From Octopus bimaculoides (Eukaryota), in contig NC_068991.1 in NCBI RefSeq assembly GCF_001194135.2, positions 79,641,945-79,705,944 on the forward strand: 64,000 nucleotides of DNA, written 5' to 3'. The translations under genes were made by a program, and so were the position numbers. This document shows, one piece after another, positions 50,468 through 62,590 of this stretch. Numbering within the stretch: position 1 is the stretch's first letter; each line of letters begins with the position of its first letter. Under the pieces are notes generated by a model, which ran no database searches, was not told where the DNA came from, and saw nothing but the letters and a program-made list of their open reading frames with translations.

Positions 50468-51659
50468 CAGAGAGACAGAGAGACAGATAGAGAGAATATA
50501 TTTGTTGACACCTAAGAAAGCTGTTGAGATGTCCGAATGTTATGCTCAATGCCGGTAATTCGTTTTGATATTCATAACTGAGTGTTCTTCATTTCTTTTC
50601 TGTTTACCTTCAGAGCGACATCTACATATTATCACAATTGTGTAGATATGTCCTTTGTTAGAGTCATGTAGCTACTATTTCATTGTTAATCAAACAAATG
50701 CTTCATGAATTTATTTCACAAAGGTTTCATACTGTCAGAGAAGATTATTAGATTGGTGTTTTGTTACCAAAACTGGTAGAATAAGAGAAATTCTTCAAAT
50801 ATTTTGCATAGTGGTACCAAAGAAGTTTTACGCACGAATTTCTCAGCAAGCAAATTCTATATTCATCCACAAGAAATCTATATACATTTTATTATTATTT
50901 TTAGAAAGAAAATTATGTGTGCTATCGTTGCTGGATAATTGCCACTAACAACTATATTTTTGCTTCTGGTGTTCTTAGAAGCAGTCGTAGAACTTAGGGT
51001 TTAATTTACATACCAATTTCGTCACTGGGTCTGCAGTTGACTGCGAAAGAAAGTGTTTATCACTTAAGCATGTATCTTAGCATCATATTTTGCAGTCAGA
51101 TTTTGCATGTATGAAAATATAAAGAAATTTTAGATGGCAATAATAATACACCAGTTAATTGGTTGTAGCAAGAGAAACATTGCTAAGAAGTCTCTGTTTT
51201 TATTCCTTTGTGCGTCTGTAGAAGGGACGGACGATAACATTTTGTTATTGCTGTCAGTAAAACGAATGACGGGTATAGGCACATTCTAAGTACTGTCTGG
51301 CGTTGTGAATCAATATCTTTCCTGGAACTCAATGCATAAATTAGGCGTCACGATAAGATAGTGGTTAGGAGGAAATCAAATGTATGTAGCGCTATCGGGA
51401 TGCAAATAGATGACCAAATTTCCCTCTCTCAGCCCCACCCTCTTTGTCTTTCCCTCGACGTATATAATATATATATGTGTGTATGTGTGTGCGTGTGTAT
51501 GTGTGTGTGTATACACTCACACCTTTGCCCTTCGAATCTGATTCTGAGGGAATGTGTTCGCGAACTAGAATATGTCTTTTAATCCAGATGTTGTCTTGCT
51601 AGTCTTCTAACATATGACACAAGTTGAAAGAGGCGGTTGGGGTTCAAGATTATTGCTTG

Positions 51660-52290
51660 CCTCAAGCATTTAGACGTGACTTCATATGATTCACGTATCC
51701 TGTTTTTAACAACGGAACCTGATCGCACACAATACATATCTAATATTCATTATTGATTTCAGTGAAATTGTTCCTTTCCGACAGGCCCTTTGAAAGCTCA
51801 GAGCAATGAATCATCTTATCCTCCCAGCCGTTACAACCAGTCCTTACAACACCTCTCTATTTGTTCCAATACAAAGCATTCGTTTCCCAGTCACTTTTGT
51901 TCATATCTAGTTTCTTAGGGTCTTCTTTCAGACAGTCTTTATACCTTTTCCTTGGCTTAGGTTGTGGTCGATTACTACAGTTGAACTCACATAAGAAAAG
52001 ACGCTTTTGCAATCGCTTAGCTTTCATTTTAATAATATATCCTGCCCATCTCATTTGCGCCAAGATGACATGTTATTCAACTGAGCTACAACGTGTCATG
52101 CGCAAAACCTCTGTATCTGGTACGAATCGTTCCCTCTTGCACCCCAAGTAAAGCCTGAAGCACTTTTGGTGAAATCTCTCCAGCATTTTCAAATAACGCC
52201 TGTGAGTGGTTCACTTCTTACTCGAATAAAGAAGTGCTGTCATTGCACACGTTTTTTAGGCACTGATTTTTGTCGGTAAGTAAACACCTC
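51660..52290 (-). mobile_element. RTE-clade (BovB-like) LINE 3' fragment
   Basis: ALLYSSKK*TTHRRYLKMLERFHQKCFR...DTEVL...AQMRWAGYIIKM..KRLQKRLFLCEF...PRKRYKDCLK...WETNA...CIVCDQ...GYVNHMKS. Contains the RWAGH-like and R.KD.LK motifs plus a terminal zinc finger. Confidence 0.85.
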
Positions 52291-52637
52291 TATCCACCCA
52301 TACTCGCACATGCACACTTCCTATCCCTATTCTGCATCAAGACCACCATTTCATGACAGTGTGCTTCCAAAGTAAACAAAGGTGTCAATGAATTCTAACA
52401 TTGTTCTATTCACAGAAATGTTTGGTTTGGAATATGTTTGTCCTGGCACGGGAATAAATTAACTTTGGTTTTCCGAAGGCTAATCGTGAGTCGGAAGTGT
52501 CCACATGCAAGGGAAAATCTGTCCATTATATGTGCATATCTTCCCCTGAGTGTGGCAACAAACCAGAATTATCAGCTTCTAAATATGCATTTCTCTTCTA
52601 AATATATTCAACAATTGCCTCTCTCTATATATATCCC

Positions 52638-52685
<48 letters not shown>

Positions 52686-53650
52686 TGTATATATGTATAT
52701 GTATGTATATTTACATATATGAAGCTTAATCGTATTTATCTGCACATTATCTCCCTATAAGTTCACTTGGCTTTCTCTTATTGTCAAACTGTACACTGTG
52801 AAGCTAACCCTCGNNNNNNNNNNNNNNNNNNNNNNNNNNNNNNNNNNNNNNNNNNNNNNNNNNNNNNNNNNNNNNNNNNNNNNNNNNNNNNNNNNNNNNN
52901 NNNNNNNNNNNNNNNNNNNNNNNNNNNNNNNNNNNNNNNNNNNNNNNNNNNNNNNNNNNNNNNNNNNNNNNNNNNNNNNNNNNNNNNNNNNNNNNNNNNN
53001 NNNNNNNNNNNNNNNNNNNNNNNNNNNNNNNNNNNNNNNNNNNNNNNNNNTATATATATACATATATATGCATATACACGCACATACATACATACACACA
53101 GTTGTACATTTATTACGTAAGTGTGTGTATGGTTGTATGTATGTATGTATGTATGTATGCATATATATATATGCATATATGTATGCATATATGTATGCAT
53201 GCGAGATCATGCTGAATTAAAATTTCTGAAGATAGCAAGGAATAATTCATGAATAAATGTTTTAGAAAGAACTCAATAAGGAAAACAAAGATATTATCTG
53301 AATTATCTCTTTCCGAAGTAATGACGTATTAAACAGCTTGCACTAAAATCTAATTAACAATCTACAATAGTTGTTTGCTTATGCATAATAACATGCATCG
53401 TGTTGAACATAAATGGTTTACATGAAATTACCGAACTCAAAAGGCCTATACTTGTATCCATGAATTTTGATAAGTATAAATAAACTCCAATTTTAAAATT
53501 ATAATTAGTTTTAGATTCGTGATGTTCAAGACGCACACACACATACACACACAGAGGCATGCACTACTTTGATATAAATTCGCGCGCATAGGTGATGTAT
53601 TGTTTATATTATATAAGAATATATGTCTCACTCCCTTCGCCCTCTCCCTC

Positions 53651-53749
<99 letters not shown>

Positions 53750-54138
53750 NNNNNNNNNNNNNNNNNNNNNNNNNNNNNNNNNNNNNNNNNNNNNNNNNNN
53801 NNNNNNNNNNNNNNNNNNNNNNNNNNNNNNNNNNNNNNNNNNNNNNNNNNNNNNNNNNNNNNNNNNNNNNNNNNNNNNNNNNNNNNNNNNNNNNNNNNNN
53901 NNNNNNNNNNNNNNNNNNNNNNNNNNNNNNNNNNNNNNNNNNNNNNNNNNNNNNNNNNNNNNNNNNNNNNNNNNNNNNNNNNNNNNNNNNNNNNNNNNNN
54001 NNNNNNNNNNNNNNNNNNNNNNNNNNNNNNNNNNNNNNNNNNNNNNNNNNNNNNNNNNNNNNNNNNNNNNNNNNNNNNNNNNNNNNNNNNNNNNNNNNNN
54101 NNNNNNNNNNNNNNNNNNNNNNNNNNNNNNNNNNNNNN

Positions 54139-54185
<47 letters not shown>

Positions 54186-54342
54186 ATATATACACACACA
54201 CACACACATGCAAAGAAGTGTAGCAGCAAAATGCCTTGCTGTGCTTAACTCACGCTCTTTCTATTCAATGTTCCAAGTCAGCATTCCTTCTTTTAGTATC
54301 GATACAATAAAGAACTAAGGTTCTGATATTTACGATGTGATT

Positions 54343-54494
54343 CATTCAGTTTCTAGCCTACCAAATCCACTCACAAGGGATTGGTTGGCGTGATGTTATA
54401 GTAAAAACCCCTCTCCCGAGCTGCCAGGCGGTGGAACTGAAACTGCAACTATGTGGTTGGGAAGCAAACTTCTTACCACACAACTGCGCCTGCG
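54343..54494 (-). mobile_element. SINE family B head
   Basis: TTCAGTTTC...CTACCAAATCCACTCACAAGG...GTGGAACTGAA...ATGTGGTTGGGAAGCAAACTTCTTACCACACAACTGCGCCTGCG. Confidence 0.75.
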
Positions 54495-54804
54495 TATGTT
54501 TCAATATTATGACAACATACGAAACTATACACACGTCGTATTAATTGTATGTTGTATCGATTACTGTTGTCTGCACTCTGTGATCAAAAACAATGGAATT
54601 CAACATTGCCGTTCATGTTTTCGGGATCAATAAGGAAGACTGTTCTCCCGTGCTAAGGTCAATTGCCCTCTTTTTCTTTCTCTTTTCTATTGTTGTAATC
54701 AGACTCAGAGACAGATCGGCTCCATCACATCTAAACTGTACAGGACACACCGTATACCACGATGTCGGCCCCACTGCTCCGTCAGAAAGTGAAGAGCCAA
54801 AGGA

Positions 54805-54843
<39 letters not shown>

Positions 54844-55304
54844 NNNNNNNNNNNNNNNNNNNNNNNNNNNNNNNNNNNNNNNNNNNNNNNNNNNNNNNNN
54901 NNNNNNNNNNNNNNNNNNNNNNNNNNNNNNNNNNNNNNNNNNNNNNNNNNNNNNNNNNNNNNNNNNNNNNNNNNNNNNNNNNNNNNNNNNNNNNNNNNNN
55001 NNNNNNNNNNNNNNNNNNNNNNNNNNNNNNNNNNNNNNNNNNNNNNNNNNNNNNNNNNNNNNNNNNNNNNNNNNNNNNNNNNNNNNNNNNNNNNNNNNNN
55101 NNNNNNNNNNNNNNNNNNNNNNNNNNNNNNNNNNNNNNNNNNNNNNNNNNNNNNNNNNNNNNNNNNNNNNNNNNNNNNNNNNNNNNNNNNNNNNNNNNNN
55201 NNNNNNNNNNNNNNNNNNNNNNNNNNNNNNNNNNNNNNNNNNNNNNNNNNNNNNNNNNNNNNNNNNNNNNNNTATATATACATATACACACATACACACA
55301 CACG

Positions 55305-55356
<52 letters not shown>

Positions 55357-57870
55357 CACGTATATGTATGTTTATATCTATTCGCAATCATACATTGATC
55401 ATCTTTGAAACAACTCGACAAATTCACATTATTGTTCACATCAAAGTGACAGGTCTTTTATATCTATGCTCTTGTTTCTCATTTTATGTCAGAACTCACT
55501 TCAGATTATATTATTTTAATTGAATGATTGCCTCATTAAATATTACATTAATTTCCGGTCTTTTTGAACACCGTTTTACGTCCGATTCAAACCCTATCTT
55601 TCTATATATCCGGAGTATAAGCTATAGTGGAAGGGAGTACGTGGGTGTATAATAATGTGTGTTGTATCACTGAGAAGAAAAAAATAGAATTAACATAAAT
55701 ATTCTTTGGATGTTTTTAAAATGAGAATGACTTTATCATTTCTTGAATACACAGCTATGATAATAATGACTTATCTAGACTGCTATTCAGAATCTCACGA
55801 CACGATACAAAATAATGCGACTTGTAGTATAAAAATCCGTTGTTCCTATTAGTATTATTATTATTAGTATTATTATTTTTATCACAAGGAAGATAAACGA
55901 AATCTATTTAAATGTTAATCAGTAGCGCGTTATGAAATTACGTTTACATATAAAATCTTTAACGGAGTTCATATCCTGTGTATTTTTGCATAGTTTTTAT
56001 ATACACAATAGCAATTTCCAATAACCCTGGTCCTATTTGACCTCTCCATTTTAATATTAACTACTTCACAGAATTCTGGATTACGAGTGCAATAATCAAT
56101 ACATTAATATTCAGATCTTTAAGTACAAAATTTATGTTATGTATTATTTAATGATGCAGATATGTTGATATTTTTCAAAATAATATATAATTATTCATAT
56201 ATTTCATTTACGTTGAATAACATTTATCAATGTCCTGTGCAAGTAAAAAATGTTTGACTACACGAAAATCTGCATATGAAGACGAAAGCATATAAACACA
56301 GTGATGTGTTTATGTTATCTCTTTTAAGAACATATGGAATTTTATTGTATTAAAACATTGAATACATTCAATAAATCTGGTTTGGCATTGTTCAAGATAG
56401 CATAGCAAATGCAAGTGGAATTGGTGCACCATTCCTCAACCCGGCTCTATCAACAAATCAATAAGCTTCATACGGCACATTTATCTCTTTGATGTACTTG
56501 GCAGCTATGTCACTGGTTGAGGCATTTCATTTTAGATGTCTTTCACTTCGCATCCATTTCAAGTATTTTATTCTATACCATTTACTCATGACACCAAAGG
56601 ACTAAAATATTATACACTTAAACTGCTCCCTGATATGACACCACATCTTGACCAGTTGAATGACTTGAACGGAGTCCACCCTGATACACGTGTTCTACCC
56701 AGATCTCCACCCTGACGAGACATTCTCCATTTCCTGCCACCTGTCTTCGAGGCCATGCAACAGATTATGGACGTCTATCTTCCTTCTCTTTCCCGACCAA
56801 AAATAAGTTTTTGTGTGGCAAAAGTTTAAAACTAGATTTGATTAAGCAACATATACTCATTATATAATGGATGTCTTATAAACCAAACCGGCTTACGGAC
56901 CTTACTAACTCAGTCGCTAATCCGACAGATTAATATAAGCTGATGCAAATGTATACTCATGCATGAGAAGACAGTAGAGATTAGTAGAAACATAGAAACC
57001 CGAACAGAATCAAATAAATATAAAACAATAACAGGTCTAATTAAGAAACAAAACATACATAAACAAGCCAAGACAAAACGAAAACAAAATAGGAAACCAT
57101 AAAAATGGCCGTGATACTTCAGATTTTTGATCGTTGGATTTGAGTCTTAAATAATGAATTCAACTCTATTTTAATCACTTCGCTTAAATCTGCCTCAGAT
57201 TTAAGAACATGTACAAGTATATGCATGTTTGTTGTAATGAGCTTCCATATATCACCCAACTACATACTTTCAGACACAAGTTTTGTTGATCTGCTGACGT
57301 TATTATTGCAGTTATATTTAGAAATAATACATTTCTAAATCTCTCAGAGAGATTTATGCAGTAGTGAAACGATGAAATAGTTGTATGCTGTCAACTTAAT
57401 GTGACAGTCATCTGAAGGGAATAATACTACTGTTGGTTAGACCTAGGAAGCTGCACTGCTTCCTGTCGGCCTTGACACATTTCCTGTGTCCTTATGTTTA
57501 CAAGGGGGCGACAAGCACCTCCACTCAGCTAAACCTGCACCCAGAGACATGTTTCTGAGGATTTGGTCATCATCTGCAAAGGATTATTTTGTCATCCTTG
57601 CTTCACTTTATACCGATGAAGACGTGAGGTATATTGGTGACCGCACTAATGACCGATCATGTTTATGTCAATGGAAAAATTACGAATGATTATTAACTCA
57701 CTATAATTGTCTCTTTGAACAGATATTGTTTCTGATAGATTTATCACAAAATATTTACCTGAACAAAGGTTACAGATCCCATATCAAATATTAACTCAAA
57801 ATATGGCAAACTGATTTCTGAAATTTAATGGTGTTTCTTTTATTTTTATTTATGTTTATTTTTTTCTTAT

Positions 57871-58030
57871 GTGCGCAGGAGTGGCTGTGTGGTAAGTAGC
57901 TTGTTTACCAATCACATGGTTCCGGGTTCAGTCCCACTGCGTGGTACCTTGGGCAAGTGTCTTCTACTATAGCCTCGGGCGACCAAAGTCTTGCGAGTGG
58001 ACTTGGTAGACAGAAACTGAAAGCCCGTCG

Positions 58031-58069
<39 letters not shown>

Positions 58070-58079
58070 NNNNNNNNNN

Positions 58080-58116
<37 letters not shown>

Positions 58117-58335
58117 ACGCATGTATGTATGTATGTATGTATGTATATGTTTGTTCCCCCAACATCACTTGACAATCGATGGTGGTGTGTTTAGGCTCTC
58201 GTCATTTAGCGGTTCAGCAAGACAGACCGATAACATAAGTACTAAGAATAAGTCCTGGTGTCGATTTGCTCGACTAAAGGCGGTGCTCCAGCGTGGCCGC
58301 AGTCAAATGACTGAAACAAATAAAAGTATAAGAGA
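57871..58335 (+). mobile_element. SINE family B, full length, with an internal (TA)n(TG)n(TATG)n microsatellite
   Basis: A tRNA-like head (GTGGCTGTGTGGTAAG...GGGTTCAGTCCC), a central microsatellite containing a 10-N gap, and a conserved 3' half ending GACTGAAACAAATAAAAG. Confidence 0.85.
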
Positions 58336-58520
58336 GTATATCTTATATGTTTGATCTGCAGGATTCTATGAGTGTATCTTCTTCGCCACAGCAATTCGAT
58401 TAATCATATATTTCTACAATATTTCTACAATAACTTAACATACGGAGAAGTCCGTATGTTAAGTTATTGTAGAAATATTATTGACGATATGCAGTTATCT
58501 TTACTAACACCGCAAATTAA

Positions 58521-59140
58521 TATCAGTTTGTGTTGCACACTTAAGCACGTACAAGCATAGATGCGTATGCGTGTGTACGTGAGCGAGAGAGAAAGAGAGC
58601 GGGGGGGGTGTATGTGTGTGCACCTGTGTGTACGTGTGTGTGCATGTGTGTATATGTGCGTGTACACATTCAAACACTTGTGCCGTTATTTCCTTCAAGC
58701 CAACACAACAAGAATATCACAATTAAAACTCAATTTCAGGAGTAAGTCTCTTACAATTTAAATATCATGGATGTATTCGTAGTGCAAGGACGGACATTTT
58801 ACACACAGCTTCGGTTATTTTATTGTCATAAGTTGCTTAGAAAATGTCATTATTATTATTATTTTTCCATTCCGATGCTTTTATTCTCTAAACTGTTCAT
58901 GTGGAGAGTAAAGAACACAGAAAATAAATTCATTTTTATATATTTTTGAAACATCGTTTCACTTTCTATAGTTGATCGTATACAGTACGAGAGACCATCA
59001 ACGTTATGGAGTCCCAGTTTATCAAATTAGAGTTCGATAATCATAATCTTATCCGTTTTATAAGTGAAACCCTAAACTCAAGTGTTTGAATGTGTACACG
59101 CACATATACACACATGCACACACACGTACACACAGGTGCA

Positions 59141-59171
<31 letters not shown>

Positions 59172-59271
59172 TCACACACACACACACACCCGCTCTCTTT
59201 CTCTCTCGCTCACGTACACACGCATACGCATCTATGCTCGTATGTGCTTAAGTGTGCAACACAAACTGATA
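58521..59271. repeat. Near-identical inverted repeat (arms 58521-58680 and 59079-59271) around a spacer of about 400 bp
   Basis: The arms differ by two substitutions plus a length change in the central C/CA run. Outer ends read TA|TCAGTTTG...CAAACTGA|TA. Confidence 0.9.
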
Positions 59272-59439
59272 ACAGATCGTTTAACTAGCTGGAATCTACT
59301 ACAGATTTCCATGTTTTCAATATCTCTTTGATTGAAAGGTGCATTATTTCCCAGGTGAAAATCACTGGGCTCCCATCTTTGGGATCGTTCTATACGTCAG
59401 TCATCGGATGTCTTGTATGTTCTATCCATCTATCAATTT

Positions 59440-59690
59440 TCTCCGCCCACTGTTCCCGGGACAGGCGTGAAGGATGAGTTCTCAGGCAGCCCCTCCATAG
59501 AGTCCTATCGGAAGCAACCATCCTTTGACACCTGAATTCCCAAGCATGATCTGGATATTATATGTTTACAAGGAGGCTCTGGATATTATACAACCGCCTC
59601 GTTTTTGGTCAATCGCCTGGTGTCCTGCCGTGTGGCTCGGGTTGAAAAATTCATCATGCAATTTTTTTCTTCAACACTCTAATCACACGC
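59440..59690 (-). mobile_element. Possible RTE-type LINE extreme 3' fragment
   Basis: GRTPGD*PKTRRLYNI...ASDRTLWR, resembling GRPxxRW.D...A.DRxxWR. Confidence 0.4.
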
Positions 59691-59899
59691 ACGTAATATC
59701 GGAGTTGTGACCTCAATGCAGAGAAGTAGAATAATGAATGTGGGTTGGTATTGGAGGAGTGCAGGAGTGTATGAAATTGAATAGAGGGAGGTGAATAGAA
59801 AGAAAAGAGGTTGATAGGTTAGTATCTATTTGAGTCGGGTAAAACTAAGTAGTTTTGGTTGAAGGGAGAAAGGATAGCATGGAAAGAATACCATTCATA

Positions 59900-60165
59900 A
59901 GGATGGAGAGGCTAAGAACTTCCCATCCTAAAGATCTTATTTTCTCTTGTGTTTGTTTTGAGGAGTATAGCCGTGCATTGTCGTGCTGGAGAATAACAGC
60001 TTTTCTGTTTACTAAAGCTGGCCACATTCCATGAAATGTTTCATTTAAACGATCAAGTTGTTGGCAATAGACATCTATATTTATGATCCTTCTATGTTCC
60101 AGCAGCTCGTAATCGACGATGCCTTTCATGTTCCACCAAAGTTGCGCAGCATGCTTTTCATGCAA
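59900..60165 (-). mobile_element. Mariner transposase catalytic-domain remnant
   Basis: LWWNMKGIVDYELLE...YCQQLDRLNE...PALVNRKAVILQHDNARLYSSKQTQEKIRSLGWEVL. HDNA and WEVL are present; YSPDL is lost. Confidence 0.9.
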
Positions 60166-60285
60166 GTCTTAGGAAGTGCCACTCTAATGCCTAAAACCGC
60201 AAACTTCACGTAAATTTTCACTGCGAATACTTCGCAGTCACCTTACTTCGCAGTTACTTCCCTGTAACTTTTAGGGCATCCGTGG

Positions 60286-60325
<40 letters not shown>

Positions 60326-62491
60326 NNNNNNNNNNNNNNNNNNNNNNNNNNNNNNNNNNNNNNNNNNNNNNNNNNNNNNNNNNNNNNNNNNNNNNNNNNN
60401 NNNNNNNNNNNNNNNNNNNNNNNNNNNNNNNNNNNNNNNNNNNNNNNNNNNNNNNNNNNNNNNNNNNNNNNNNNNNNNNNNNNNNNNNNNNNNNNNNNNN
60501 NNNNNNNNNNNNNNNNNNNNNNNNNNNNNNNNNNNNNNNNNNNNNNNNNNNNNNNNNNNNNNNNNNNNNNNNNNNNNNNNNNNNNNNNNNNNNNNNNNNN
60601 NNNNNNNNNNNNNNNNNNNNNNNNNNNNNNNNNNNNNNNNNNNNNNNNNNNNNNNNNNNNNNNNNTATATGTATGTATGTACGTATATGTATATACAGAC
60701 ATACATGTGTCTATATATTAATCAAAAATACCCTTCACATAAACGTAAAATATGCTTATAAATGTTTAATAATGATATTGTATGTTTGTTTCTATTCATT
60801 TGTCTAAATGGTCGCAGACCTTTTAAATATGCATTTCCACATAAAATAAACAGCTTTACTCTCGTTTATGAAATAAATGCTTTAGAAGATTATACCAAAA
60901 ATGTACACATTAAAACGATAATATTGAGAAGTTTACAGATTATGATTATGAAATCCATTTCTTCCTTGAAGAGATTAAATGAAACGCTGTTCCTGGCTTT
61001 CTTTTTCGTTTATTCATATTTAAAAGGATTGCCGTCTCAAAACATTTCAAAACATATTTTTTTAATATCCTCTTAGCTCTGTTCCTTGAATTTCTGCTAT
61101 TAATAATATATTAGAACGTTCCGACGTTCGTCATGGGGGAGAAGCTAAACAACACAGATATTATTTCCACTGTCGAGAATCTCCAATGATTTGTTTTACA
61201 TTTTTTTTTTTTTGCAAAATATTCTCTTACTAAATTCAATTCCCGTGATATTAAAGCAGTGAGCTATCTATGGGGATGGAGTCAGAAAACAGTGAACTGA
61301 TTACTTTTTAGAAATGTCTGTTCTCTTAGAGTAAATCTGCCTGGATTATCTTTGAATTTTATTTCTTGGGAATGTTTTGATGCAAAAGCACCAGCCATAT
61401 AGTGGTTCCAGTTCACTCAACTACCTGCAACATTTGGTGAGTTTTAACAGAGAGGATTCTGAATTCTTCTGACATACCAATCTCACTGAATGCGTGAATT
61501 GAAATCAGTTTAACAAGCAATTCAAGCAATTAGGATGTATTAGATTCAACACACCTTCTTCAGAATTTATATAATATTACTCCCTTTCTATGTAGAATAT
61601 TTGAATTTATTTTTGTTTAATGCTTGAATCAGCTGAAAAAGATCGGTGCCGATGATTCTTCTCAAGTACTCAATGCCTGCTTGTAGAAAGTGAAGAATTT
61701 ACTCTCAGATAAGAAACTGACTCCAAATTCTTACAACAGGGTGAATTAACTCGAAATCCAGTTATAGGCCAGCTGGTGGTATTAAAGATGCAGGCAGGTT
61801 ATGCCTACAATTTCAATGCTGGGTTCCCGACTGGCTTCCACGACCATGCATTATAGACGCTGTACCCATACTTTTCACCAATGAACGCTGTACATGTAAA
61901 TCTTCAAAATGGAATATATATTGGTACGTGAGCTTCTGAACATAAAGTTGTGTCATACATTAGAGAACTATTTGCATATAAAAACAGAGCAGCTGCTGCA
62001 ACGCCTCAATATTCCAGACAAAGCAAAACTAATCAAATTACGACGGCTAACAAATCTCTACTCTTTAGTATCATCCGTTCCTTTCAACTTTCCTTACAAC
62101 CATTCTGAATTTCTGTTTTAGATGGTTGTTTATTACAATATTCACCTCTTTCAGCTCCCCATCCTTTTAATTCAGTCTCGTATGCCAAGGTATTTTAAAA
62201 CTTACATCGTTATAATCGTTTCGTTATAGAACTGCAATACCCTAACATTTTCCTATCTTCCCATATCCCCTTCTATCCCTGCAGGCATCATCTGCATTCT
62301 CCTCAGAAGTGGAGAATCAAAGAAAACAGTGTGAGACCGTAATAGAGAAACATGAAAATAACAATAAAAGAAAACGATGCACGGAGGTGTTATTAGGGAA
62401 AGATTTTAAATACGGAAAGCAGAATTATATATCGTTCGTAACTCAACAAGATCTCTAGACCACTGCTTTGAATGCCTCCAGTATTTGTAAT

Positions 62492-62590
62492 GCTGCTTCG
62501 AGTTCAAATCTTACGGTGACCAGTTTTACCTTTCATCCCCTTTCCGTTGATATATAGAATCGCAGTCAAGTATTGGAGTCGGTTTAGCCT
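62492..62590 (+). mobile_element. SINE family A fragment, highly degenerate
   Basis: TTCGAGTTCAAATCTTACGG...TTTACCTTTCATCCCCTT...TATTGGAGTCG. Confidence 0.45.

Noticed and set aside
61330-61436. Possible plus-strand exon ending MQKHQPYSGSSSLNYLQHL|GTGAGT
   Set aside because: Weak start context, an unrecognised peptide and no supported downstream exon.
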